Of a stretch of 53,065 nucleotides of DNA, positions 35,864 through 45,700 are shown piece by piece. The notes beneath the pieces were generated by a model. The model worked only from the letters and a program-made list of their open reading frames with translations. It was not told the origin of the DNA and made no database searches. The first letter of the stretch is position 1; each line of letters opens with the position of its first letter. This DNA comes from Minisyncoccota bacterium. Lineage in GTDB: Bacteria > Patescibacteriota > Microgenomatia > UBA1400 > PJMF01. The translations under genes were made by a program, and so were the position numbers. The stretch is from the NCBI GenBank assembly GCA_029881675.1, contig JAOUMD010000004.1:1-53065 (forward strand), given 5' to 3'.

Positions 35864-36055
35864 TTAGTCTTCGTCAAGCTGTTTTTTCAACTTGTCACGA
35901 AGACTGTTTGCCTCACCGATTGTATCGATGAGGTCTTGCTGTGTTTCATCTAACATTTCTCCTACCGTTTTTCCCCGTGGGGTGGTGGAAGGTTTGGGTG
36001 GCTCTTCAGCCTTTTGCGTAGTTAATTTTTTGAGCCAATTTGCGATTACGCACAT
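35864..36055 (-). CDS. Small hypothetical protein (63 aa)
   Basis: TATACT promoter, AAGGGA SD, terminator directly downstream. Confidence 0.55.
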   Translation of the reverse strand: MCVIANWLKKLTTQKAEEPPKPSTTPRGKTVGEMLDETQQDLIDTIGEANSLRDKLKKQLDED

Positions 36056-36191
36056 TTTTCTTTCCCTTTGTTAAGGATGAATACTGCCCTCAGTATATAA
36101 CTATAGGACTAATTTGTCAATCCCTAATATCTAATAAATATGTATAAAAATGACTATTGTCAAACTCTTGTTTTATTGAAAAAATAACTGT

Positions 36192-36587
36192 ATGACAACA
36201 AAAACAACTGACTCAGAATATAGGTGGGAGAGGTATAAAGAATTCTACGGAGATGGAGTTGCTAAGGTAATGGCCAAAGAGTTACCAGGTGGTATTACCG
36301 CCCTTATTACAGTTATCCAAGAACACTTTGACTATATTAGGGAAGAACAGGATAGGGAGCATGTCGGTTCAGACTCTTTATTTGATTATGAATCTCAGTT
36401 AGTAATGGCTGTAGCTGAGCTTGGAGAAGGGTTTAACTACCTCCTCTTGAGAAACATTTTAGAGAATCTTTTTGACAAAGCATTATCTGCTGATAGAATA
36501 GTAGCTGTAAGTGCTGGTAATCCAATCTTAAATAGACAACATAAAAATCAATTTAAGGATACTCTTAAACAAATCTCAGCACTATAA
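36192..36587 (+). CDS. Hypothetical protein
   Basis: 131-aa ATG-started ORF; no motif recognised. Confidence 0.6.
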   Translation: MTTKTTDSEYRWERYKEFYGDGVAKVMAKELPGGITALITVIQEHFDYIREEQDREHVGSDSLFDYESQLVMAVAELGEGFNYLLLRNILENLFDKALSADRIVAVSAGNPILNRQHKNQFKDTLKQISAL

Positions 36588-36593
36588 GAGATT

Positions 36594-36908
36594 ATGGTAA
36601 ATAGAGAAAGACAGTTAAGAAAAGAACATGTTATACCTCTTTTTTTAACTACTGCAATTGTTACATTACTCCTGATGGCAGGAGGCTTAACTTCCTTTGC
36701 TGATACGGGTAGAGAAGATGCAATTAATCCATCTGCTGCACCTACCCCAGCTTTTAATGTAGATAATGGTTTTGCTACGGCTACACCAGAGGGTAGACCT
36801 TTGGTTACATATACTCCTACGCCTAATACAAACAGGATAATAGAGACGCCAATTCCTAATGCAGGACCTATCGTAAATCCTGATGGAAGTGTTTCTTCTC
36901 ATCAATAA
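36594..36908 (+). CDS. Small Pro/Thr-rich exported protein
   Basis: Signal/TM segment followed by APTPAF, TATP, YTPTP. Confidence 0.6.
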   Translation: MVNRERQLRKEHVIPLFLTTAIVTLLLMAGGLTSFADTGREDAINPSAAPTPAFNVDNGFATATPEGRPLVTYTPTPNTNRIIETPIPNAGPIVNPDGSVSSHQ

Positions 36909-36993
36909 ATATCTCCCAAATAGTATTAATATGTCCCATAGTCAATAGTTATGGTATAATTATCATGTTAAACACTGTTAAACCAATCTCTAT

Positions 36994-37302
36994 ATGAGAG
37001 GAATAAGACTGATGAAATGGAATGTAGTAATTTTAAGTTTGCTCATGGTTGGAATGTTGATTCTTGGGGGATGCGTCATAGGGCCCAACAGTTCTCAGAA
37101 TGTTACCCTTGCTCCAACTCCAAGTTTCGGTATTAGTGCAGGTTATTGTGGTGATGGAAATGTTCAATCACCCGAGACTTGTGCTAACTGCTCTGTAGAT
37201 GCAGGAATATGTCCGGTGGAAACACCTCCTGCACTTAACTTTACGCCAACACCAGAGCCAGAGATAGTTCCAGTCCGATCTTCAGCACCACCTAACCAAT
37301 AA
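36994..37302 (+). CDS. Small Pro/Thr-rich lipoprotein with a CGDG-type Cys-rich motif
   Basis: Lipobox LGGC; CGDGNVQSPETCANCSVDAGIC. Confidence 0.65.
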   Translation: MRGIRLMKWNVVILSLLMVGMLILGGCVIGPNSSQNVTLAPTPSFGISAGYCGDGNVQSPETCANCSVDAGICPVETPPALNFTPTPEPEIVPVRSSAPPNQ

Positions 37303-37340
37303 GGGGAGGGGGAGTATGAAGATAGGGAATCACACAACAG

Positions 37341-37366
37341 CGCCCCTGTACTTATGGGGCGTTTTT
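37341..37366 (+). terminator. Intrinsic terminator
   Basis: CGCCCC-N9-GGGGCG followed by TTTTT. Confidence 0.65.
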
Positions 37367-37377
37367 GCATTTATAAG

Positions 37378-38007
37378 CTATTTTAACCACCCTTGCTCAT
37401 TTCCTATGTTTGTCTCTGGTCCATGTCCTGAAATAACCTTGGTATCTTTGGGTAATATTAGTAATTTCTCTAATGACTTAAGAATATCTTGATGATTTGA
37501 ATACTTAAAATCTGTTCTACCAATAGCTTCTTTAAAGAGCGTATCTCCACTAATCAATAACTTTTCTTCTTTACAATATAAAGAAACACTGCCTGGAGTA
37601 TGTCCGGGTGTATGAATAACTTTAAATTCTTTATTACCTAGTTTAATAGTCTCTTCATCATCATAAAAAGAGTCTGGAAGAGGAACAGGGTCTACTTGTC
37701 TTTTTAACCAATGCTGAGTCCTTTTTTGGACTGTTTTAACAAGGAAGAGATCTTCTTTGTGTAGATATATTTTTGCTTGTGGAAAATTAAGTTTTACTTC
37801 AAGTAGTCCCAAGATGTGGTCAAAGTGGCCATGGGTAAGAATAATCTTTGTAACATTAAGATCTTCTCTAATTATCTCTTCACTAATTAGACTTCCTTCA
37901 TCTGCAGGATCAACAATCCAGGCATCTAAAGTGTTTTTATCCCAGATTATGTAACAATTCGTATTTAGTTCTCCAAGAGTAAGTTTTTTTATTTTTAGAT
38001 CTGACAT
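37378..38007 (-). CDS. MBL-fold metallo-hydrolase (glyoxalase II-like)
   Basis: TNCY, THGHFDH, TPGHTPG, SGDTLF, GHG. Confidence 0.93.
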   Translation of the reverse strand: MSDLKIKKLTLGELNTNCYIIWDKNTLDAWIVDPADEGSLISEEIIREDLNVTKIILTHGHFDHILGLLEVKLNFPQAKIYLHKEDLFLVKTVQKRTQHWLKRQVDPVPLPDSFYDDEETIKLGNKEFKVIHTPGHTPGSVSLYCKEEKLLISGDTLFKEAIGRTDFKYSNHQDILKSLEKLLILPKDTKVISGHGPETNIGNEQGWLK

Positions 38008-38032
38008 GGTTTGTATAGTATACTGGGCTTAT

Positions 38033-38674
38033 ATGGAGAAACAAATCATTCTTTTTGACATTGATAAGACATTATTTGATGTTGATACATTTTTTAATAA
38101 GAATTTATGGCCTGCTGTTGAAAAAGACTTGGGTATATCAAGAGCTAAGCTGGATAAGGTCAGTGAAGTATACAAAGAAAGTATCTCAAAGGGAACAGAA
38201 TTTGATCCTAAAGGTTGGTTAAAGGAAGCAAAGAAGCAACTAGGGGAGAGGGCAAAAGGGATTGAAGAGCTATTTTATAATCCTGACTTTTTTACTTCCA
38301 GCTTATTTCCCGAAGTTATCCCAACATTAAATAACCTGAGAGATGACTTTATTTTGGGTGTTTATTCAGAAGGTGTTGATGAGTGGCAAAGAAAAAAGCT
38401 TGAACTAGGCGGAATAAATAACTATTTTGATCAACAATATGTTTCAATTAGTTCTAACAAGGTTTCGGAAATGGTTTTGGGTTGGATTCCACAAAAGGCA
38501 GTAATCATTGATGATCGTGAGGATTTTATTTTAGAGTTAGCAAAATTAGATAAAGTTTATCCAATTTGGATTAACAGAACTGCTAAGGAAGCTCTGCCTA
38601 ATACAATGATGATTACTAGTTTAACTCAACTTTTAGCAATGCTGGAGAGAATTAGATTAGAAAATCCACAATAA
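38033..38674 (+). CDS. HAD-family hydrolase
   Basis: ILFDIDKTL motif I, IIDD motif IV; likely start ATG38033. Confidence 0.85.
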   Translation: MEKQIILFDIDKTLFDVDTFFNKNLWPAVEKDLGISRAKLDKVSEVYKESISKGTEFDPKGWLKEAKKQLGERAKGIEELFYNPDFFTSSLFPEVIPTLNNLRDDFILGVYSEGVDEWQRKKLELGGINNYFDQQYVSISSNKVSEMVLGWIPQKAVIIDDREDFILELAKLDKVYPIWINRTAKEALPNTMMITSLTQLLAMLERIRLENPQ

Positions 38675-39269
38675 AGCTAACCACTGGCCAAATTAGGCTA
38701 GAAACAGGTGAAACACCATTCCAAGGGATAATAAGAGCAATTAGGACAAACATGCCATAACGATGCATGAAACTTTCATATTCAATAGCTTGCTCTGCAG
38801 GTAGGAATGACATAAGGATTTTACTCCCATCCAAAGGGTGAACTGGGACTAAGTTAAATATTGCTAAAACCACATTAATTACCATGACTTGGAAAAGTCC
38901 TGTCATGACCCAAAGTTGTGGGAGAAGTTCTGCTCTGAGGAATAATGAGATAAGAAGAGCAATAATTAAGTTAGAAACAGGTCCAGCAAGGGCAATAAGA
39001 GCTGTATCTCTTTGAGGATTTTTTAGGTTATATGAATCAAATTCAACAGGTTTACCCCAACCAAATCTGGTCAATAGAATCATAATTACCCCAAGTGGAT
39101 CTAGATGAGCCCTAGGATCTAGGGTGATTCTACCTTGAAATCTTGGTGTAGGATCTCCAAGTTTATCTGCTGTAAAGGCGTGTGCAAACTCATGAACAGT
39201 TATGGAAAGCAGTAAGCCTGGGAAAATAATAAAGAAGGCTAACGGGTTTGAAAACAGCAAATTGGTCAT
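38652..39269 (-). CDS. Site-2 protease family (M50) metalloprotease
   Basis: HEFAH, GDPTP, ALAGP, FNLVPVHPLDG. Confidence 0.93.
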   Translation of the reverse strand: MTNLLFSNPLAFFIIFPGLLLSITVHEFAHAFTADKLGDPTPRFQGRITLDPRAHLDPLGVIMILLTRFGWGKPVEFDSYNLKNPQRDTALIALAGPVSNLIIALLISLFLRAELLPQLWVMTGLFQVMVINVVLAIFNLVPVHPLDGSKILMSFLPAEQAIEYESFMHRYGMFVLIALIIPWNGVSPVSSLIWPVVSFIVDFLI

Positions 39270-39335
39270 GTTGGGTATTATATATAAGAATTGTATATTT
39301 GCTAAGAGGCGTATCTAGTGGTAAAATACCTTTCT

Positions 39336-39554
39336 ATGGCAGGATTCGCATTCAAATACCCACGAGTAGCACATATTGGAAACAAAGTTTCCCATGCTAA
39401 AAATCGTTCAAAAAAAAGTTTTAAGTATAATCTTCACACTGTGACTGTTGTTGTCGATGGTGTTAAGAAAAGACTTAAAGTACCAACTAAAATTTTAAGA
39501 TCACTTAAAAAAGCAGGTCTTACTACTCATTGGAAAAAACCAACTGAAGCTTAG
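39336..39554 (+). CDS. rpmB: 50S ribosomal protein bL28 (no Cys)
   Basis: GNKVSHAKNRSKKSFKYNL; likely start ATG39336. Confidence 0.88.
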   Translation: MAGFAFKYPRVAHIGNKVSHAKNRSKKSFKYNLHTVTVVVDGVKKRLKVPTKILRSLKKAGLTTHWKKPTEA

Positions 39555-39577
39555 GTTTTAGTTTTAAAATGAAATAT

Positions 39578-39604
39578 AATCGTCAGCTTGTCTGGCGATT
39601 TTTT
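39578..39604. terminator. Terminator between rpmB and fmt
   Basis: AATCGTCAG-CTTGT-CTGGCGATT followed by Ts. Confidence 0.7.
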
Positions 39605-39605
39605 A

Positions 39606-40544
39606 TTAGTTGAGAATATTTTTGACCTGATTCCACCTGGCTCTGGATTGGCCTTCTATTTGAACTTCGTTTAGAACTAATTTGTTGTTTTCTACCTTAG
39701 TAGAATGAATTTTCATTCTTTTGTCACCCTTAGCTGTAGGAATTATTGTCCATAATGAAGGAAAACCATATAGGGCTCGAGATACTTTTTCGATAAAGTA
39801 AGCATCTATCGAATTAATCTCTTGAAGAGATATTATTTTTGAAAGCATTTTTGAGGAAAGGTTAGGTTTGCATGATTTTCCATCCATTGTGTCTTTGATA
39901 ACATCCCATTCAATGAATCCATCATCACGTTTAAATCTCGAAGCATAAGGAAAGTCGTTATTAGGTTGGGGGATAGTTGTTAGTTCTCCTTTTTGAAATT
40001 TACTGATTACTGTAGGGAAAGATTTTCCACCTAATGTATATAGCTTTTCATAAAGTGATTCTCTTGTTTCTGCTTTTTCTAAATCAATGCTTTCTTGGTA
40101 GATTGTGCCACCTTTATCAAATTCCTCATTCATTTCAATAATAGTAATGCCAGATTTTTCTTCTCCCATTAGGATTGTCCACTCACCAGGGTTAGCTCCA
40201 CGATATTTTGGTAATAGACTAAAGTGAAGGTTCAAAGAGGCTATTTTAGGCTCACTAAGGAGCTTTCCAGGCAAAAGTTTTCCATATCCAGCCGTAATTA
40301 TGAAGTCAGCTTTAAAACCATTCCCAATATCAGAGAACAATAAAGGCATTTGGGTTGTAAATGGGATATTATTTTCTTCTGCTAATGTTTGGACAGGTCC
40401 TTTTTCTTCTTTACCTTTACGATTAACAAATGGTGGAGTAGTCACTACATGAATAACATCTATTAAATTTGATTTAATTAATTCTTTAAGGACAATTGCA
40501 GAATAGTGTCCAAATGAGCCAAAGAAAATAATGGTAGGTTTCAT
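39606..40544 (-). CDS. fmt: Methionyl-tRNA formyltransferase
   Basis: NLHFSLLPKYRGANP, GITIIEM...DKG; downstream of def. Confidence 0.93.
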   Translation of the reverse strand: MKPTIIFFGSFGHYSAIVLKELIKSNLIDVIHVVTTPPFVNRKGKEEKGPVQTLAEENNIPFTTQMPLLFSDIGNGFKADFIITAGYGKLLPGKLLSEPKIASLNLHFSLLPKYRGANPGEWTILMGEEKSGITIIEMNEEFDKGGTIYQESIDLEKAETRESLYEKLYTLGGKSFPTVISKFQKGELTTIPQPNNDFPYASRFKRDDGFIEWDVIKDTMDGKSCKPNLSSKMLSKIISLQEINSIDAYFIEKVSRALYGFPSLWTIIPTAKGDKRMKIHSTKVENNKLVLNEVQIEGQSRARWNQVKNILN

Positions 40545-40546
40545 AT

Positions 40547-41131
40547 TTAAAGAGTTTCTAAAACACTGATATTGGTAGTTTCTTCAAGCTTACCAGTTTT
40601 ATTGTTTTCAAAATATACTGGAAGATCATATTCTAGTGCATAGTCAGTAAAGAGAATTCCATCTAAGTGGTCTGCCTCATGTTGAATGACTCTTGCATAA
40701 AAATCATCAAAACGTTCTTTCTGAGGGATTAACTTACCGTTTTCTAACATCATATATTCAAGTTCAACCCATTCCCAGCGAGGGACTGGTGCATATATCT
40801 TTGGGATAGAAAGACAACCTTCTAACTGGGGATTATTTTTGTCAGGACCGAAAGTTTGTTTTCCAGCATGTTTTGTAATGATTGGATTTATATAGTGTTT
40901 GATCTCTAATGAGTTTTCATCATCAAAGTTATCTATATTAGATAGCTGGGTAGTAAAGATTCTAAGTTTTTTATCAACCTGTGGTGCGGCAAGACCAACC
41001 CCTTTTGGATTCTCTTTGTTTTTTAAGGTTAATTCTAGTTCTTCAATAAACTTGATAAGTTTTTTATCAACTGTTTTTACCTCAATAGCTTTTTGTCTTA
41101 ATGTTTGATGTGGTGCTGAAATAATTTTCAT
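40547..41131 (-). CDS. def: Peptide deformylase
   Basis: GVGLAAPQV, EGCLS, QHEADHLDG. Confidence 0.97.
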   Translation of the reverse strand: MKIISAPHQTLRQKAIEVKTVDKKLIKFIEELELTLKNKENPKGVGLAAPQVDKKLRIFTTQLSNIDNFDDENSLEIKHYINPIITKHAGKQTFGPDKNNPQLEGCLSIPKIYAPVPRWEWVELEYMMLENGKLIPQKERFDDFYARVIQHEADHLDGILFTDYALEYDLPVYFENNKTGKLEETTNISVLETL

Positions 41132-41166
41132 CTGGGGATATTATACCTTGCTAGTACAACCTTTAA

Positions 41167-42756
41167 TTAGGTGATACTAATTTTGCTATTCGTTGATAAT
41201 CCAGAACAGCGTAAAGTAGTTTCAGTAAATCCAGGCATTTTTAAATAACGGTTATCTAAAAAGGTTGGTAGAATAGCAAAATCTCTGAGCTGAGGGTCAG
41301 CTGATACTTCTAATCCAAGTCTTTTTAAAGATGCTAATACCTTCCATATTTGTCTAGTATCGTGTCCGACACCTTCTCCCCAAAGTCCATAAACAACTTC
41401 AAGAGCCTTGTTTAGACCACTGCGCTGGAAAGATTTATCAACTTTTTTTAAGTATTTAATTTGTTTGTTCTGTTGTGATGTTAATTTCTTATCATCTAAT
41501 AATGAGTCAGGTGGTACTGCTGAGAAATCATTGATGATAATGAGTCCGTCTTTAGCGTCAACATCATGTGCAAGATGATCAAAGACTCTAGTAGCTGTTG
41601 TTCTGTCATTATTTTTGTTACTCATAGCTCCTGCAGTATAGGTTGATATTCCACCAATTACTTTTCTATCATTCATTTCAGAGAGAAGATATTCTGCTTC
41701 TTCAATGTTTAGACCAAACTCAGATAGCTTTTCTTTATCTTGAATTTCAAGAGCTTTTTTAATCTCCAGTAGGACATCCTGAAGTGGCTTATCAGCAGAA
41801 CCAATGATGTAATCAATATCTAATCTAAAATCTTCATCAGTATTCTCTTCAAGTTCTATTTGCTCAATCTTATCTTTACCTTCCTCAGCCATATCATGAT
41901 TAATTTCTCTGATAATTATATTTGCTTTACCTTTAGTCTGAGGATCTTTGGCTATCTGATGCGCTAATATGACAGATAACTCTGCATTTCCACCACCAGG
42001 CTCTATGATGGTGACTTTTTCATCTGGATGATCAATGATGTATTGTTTTACGTGGTCAAACATTTCATTTGCAAGTCTTAATCTAGTTTCCTGATCATTA
42101 GAACGCCACATTGTTTCTTTTGATAATTTCTCTGGATTAATTTTTACAATATCTGCCTGAAGACTACCTAGCTTTGGTAAGAAGCTGTGAAACATTGATG
42201 TGGACCACTGAGGTGAATATTGGTCATTTTTAGTTGAAAGAGGAACAGATTGAGTACAAAAACGATGAAAGAGCCCATAGATGCGGCCAGCAGAAAGAAT
42301 TCGATAAACCGAACTAGCATCATAAACAGGAAGTCTAGTAAAAATAGTGACTACAACCTCTCTAATATGTGGATCAAGCAGTGGTAGAAAAATGTTTTCA
42401 TTTTTCTTATTATGTGATTGGATTTGATGGTAATGATCTAATTGTAGGATCAATTGTTGAACCTCACTACTTACAGGAACTGCATTTTCATAGAGTTTTT
42501 TCCAGGCAGGGCTTTTTAGGAGTGCTTGTGCAGACAGAGAAAGTCCTTCAATGTTAGTATCTAGTTGTCCTTGAATTTCTTGAAGAAGTGGATTCCGTTC
42601 TATATCACCAATTTCTTTATCAGAAATAGTTAAATAGCCATGATCAGGAAGAGATGAAGAAGATTCTTTTCTTTTTTTATTTAAACTATCTAGATAGGAG
42701 TTTGCAATTCCTTTTTGAAGGCCTGTCAGTGGGGAGGGGACGAGAGATTCTCTCAT
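41167..42756 (-). CDS. Class I SAM-dependent methyltransferase, UbiE/MenG-like with insertions
   Basis: IIEPGGGNA motif I, REINHDM motif II, GSAD, GLIIINDFS; N-terminal IFTRLPVYD...ILSAGR..LFHR; ATGA overlap with the upstream gene. Confidence 0.65.
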   Translation of the reverse strand: MRESLVPSPLTGLQKGIANSYLDSLNKKRKESSSSLPDHGYLTISDKEIGDIERNPLLQEIQGQLDTNIEGLSLSAQALLKSPAWKKLYENAVPVSSEVQQLILQLDHYHQIQSHNKKNENIFLPLLDPHIREVVVTIFTRLPVYDASSVYRILSAGRIYGLFHRFCTQSVPLSTKNDQYSPQWSTSMFHSFLPKLGSLQADIVKINPEKLSKETMWRSNDQETRLRLANEMFDHVKQYIIDHPDEKVTIIEPGGGNAELSVILAHQIAKDPQTKGKANIIIREINHDMAEEGKDKIEQIELEENTDEDFRLDIDYIIGSADKPLQDVLLEIKKALEIQDKEKLSEFGLNIEEAEYLLSEMNDRKVIGGISTYTAGAMSNKNNDRTTATRVFDHLAHDVDAKDGLIIINDFSAVPPDSLLDDKKLTSQQNKQIKYLKKVDKSFQRSGLNKALEVVYGLWGEGVGHDTRQIWKVLASLKRLGLEVSADPQLRDFAILPTFLDNRYLKMPGFTETTLRCSGLSTNSKISIT

Positions 42757-45700
42757 GCTGCTTGCTCCTGTAGTTCATGTAATTCTTGATATTTCTCAAG
42801 CATAGTTAAAACACGGTCCATATTTTCTTCAACTAAATCTTCAAAATTTATTATATTATCTGCATCATCTCCATTTATGTTTGCTAAACCTTCTGAAACA
42901 ACATCATCCATTTGTCTGAGAACAATGCTAATCTTCTCATTTTCTTCTTGTCCATGACTAGAAGCAGCAATAACAAAACCAAAGTAATCGTAAACTTCAT
43001 CCATGGCAGTTGAGAAGGAAGTAATATTAATACCAGAGTCTTTTTTTGCTTTTTTACGGGCTTTTTTCATGAAATCTGATTCATTATCATCTGGTTTTTT
43101 CTCTGGATCTAGGCGAGGTATTGCAGGAACAAGTGATGAAAGAAGCACAGTTCCAGTAGCCATGTCTGTTAATTCTTTTGAAGTTATACTAGATATCTTA
43201 GTAAGAATGTTCCGGTAGTCTCCAGCCATTTCTGACATAACAGCAATAATTCCAGAATCACCACTTCTTACGACTTGTCTCTCTTTATCAAAGAAAGCAA
43301 ATGAAAGAACTACTTTTTGTAGTTTTCTTTTTGCTTCATGAAGAGGAATATCTTCTAATTGTGCAATTTCTTCGATTGTTTTTCCTTTATTTTCAGATTT
43401 ATTCAAAATATCAATAAAATCTCTTGTTTCTTTTTGCATTTTGTCATTGTATTGGAGGGGGACTGGGGTGAGTGATTCACCAATCTTCATGCCAGCCTCA
43501 CTAAAGTCAGCTTTTTCTAAAAATTGGATATTATTTAGGGCGCCTTTTCTTGGAGTCATTTGCCAAAGATTATTTAAAGTATGCAGGATTGAAGCTGAGA
43601 TTAGAGCGTTAATATCAAAGTTGAACTTGCCTTCTTCATCTTGAGATTTAAAGAATTCATAGAGTTTCTGAACTCTCTTTTGATATTTTTCCCTACTGAT
43701 TTCGATTGTACGAAGTTTTGCTTCTTGTTCTTCGTTGATTAGGTTTTCTCCATTATTTAGCTGAGTGACATCAAGTGAGCCTGTCTTTGGATCAGGATCA
43801 TCCATTAATTGGTAAAGAGTATCAGATTCTTCTAACATGTGTTCTAGTTTTAAGCTTGAAACTCTTCCATCAGTCCAGGAATGAGAACCTTTTTGAGCTC
43901 CTTCGCCAGTAAGCTTGCCATCTTCTCCAACAAAGAGTGTTAGGGAAAATTTAATCCCAGATCCATGTGTCCAAGACTGCATACCTCTTTGGATGACATC
44001 ATCGTGACTGATGCTATCATCATCTTTTAGTAAGACTAAACTAGTATCAGCTGAAGAAGGGTCATCTTCAATAAATTTCCTTTTTTGGGCTTCTTGGATA
44101 GTAGTTTCTCCACTGAGTGCTTTATTCTTTAGTTCGTCATCTGGCTCAAAGGGGAACCAACCTTCATCTTGATCAAATTGTCTTGTGAAACTTTCAATAA
44201 AAGGCGAAATTTTATCTGTAAGCTCTTCCTCTTTATTTTGATCAATATCTTTTCCGTGAAGCTCTTCTTTGGTAAAGATTAGCTTTTTAAATTTATTTCC
44301 CTTATGAACTACAATGGAGTACTGTTGCTGAAGGGGCATATCTGTATGTGTCCAGCCGTCCATAATATCTAATGCATTATTTCTACCTTCATTCTGAAGG
44401 GTAGAGAGAAGTTGTTGTCTTGCCATAATGGCAATTGCTTGAACTTGATCAATGTTGCGAAGGTGATCAAGCTTATCTTTACTTAATGAGAATCTACTGT
44501 AATATGAACCTTTCTCACTATTAATCATTTTATTTTTCACTTCTTGATTGACTTCACCATTCTCATTTACAGTGGGTCTATTGACGTGGTGGATCCACCA
44601 TTTTTTAAGATTATCTTGAAATTTAACAATGTTTTCTCCAGATCTTTCCCAGTAGTTTTTGATGATTCCTAGGACAAGACCTCTTGTTAAAGTGAAACTA
44701 CTTTTATATGTGGCCCCAGCACTTTCTTTATCAAAAGTTGTTAAAATGTACATCTTACGAACAGCTTTAATAATTTCTTCACCGGGAACTGCTTGAGTTT
44801 GTTCTTTGAATTGTTCAAGCAGAGCAACAATCGGTTTGTCAGCGGGGTTATCAGACTGCCTAAAGTGGTCTAGAGCATCTTGTAATCCTTTTAGAAATTC
44901 ACTATGTGCTTTTGGTTCAACATCTTTGGAAATTTGATTAACTTGTAAAACAAATTCTTTGTCAAGTCTTTTTACTTTAAATTGCGTTAATTCTTGATTA
45001 GTTTCAAAAGTAGAACGATGGGTTTCAATGACTCTTGTAAGGACTTCATTTCCATTTTTATCATTTATCGTTATCGCATTGACAAGTTTAGTAATATTTT
45101 GAAAAAAATCGTCTTGATCTTCAGAATTTAAAAGAACTTTAAAAAGCTTTTCTATGTCCGGTATTTTACCGGTTTTTTCATCGGCACTAAGTTTTATGGC
45201 ATTTTCTGCATATGCACCAAGGATTTCATCAACAAGATGCACTCTGATTAATTGAGAACGTTGATCAAAAATTTCTTTAACTTTTCCAATTTTCTGATAA
45301 TGAATTTTCTCTAGAGCTTGATAGGTGGGTGGTTCGGGTAGCTCAGTTCCTATTTCTTCAATTTCAGGAATTGGAAGTGATAAGATAGCCTTTTCAGTTT
45401 TTCCAGTAAAAGTACCTCTTACAGCTTCTATATGAGCTGGGATAGAAAGACGTTCACGGTTAGAAAAATTTATTATATGCCAGTATTCATTGGTTAAATA
45501 AATACGATCTTTTTCATCGGTTTGTTTTTCAATATCCGAGAGAATCTCTTTCTCTTTTTGGAATCTTTCTTTAGATTTTTGATACTGTGGATCATTTTGT
45601 TCCCTCTGTATTTTTTTATCTTGTTCTTTTTTAAATCTTTTTTGTGCTTTATCGTAACTAACTTTTTTAGGCTTATCTGACTGATCATTGGGCTGATCAT

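Noticed and set aside
30617-37370. Genomic island integrated at tRNA-Trp
   Set aside because: No integrase and no duplicated tRNA 3' end found downstream
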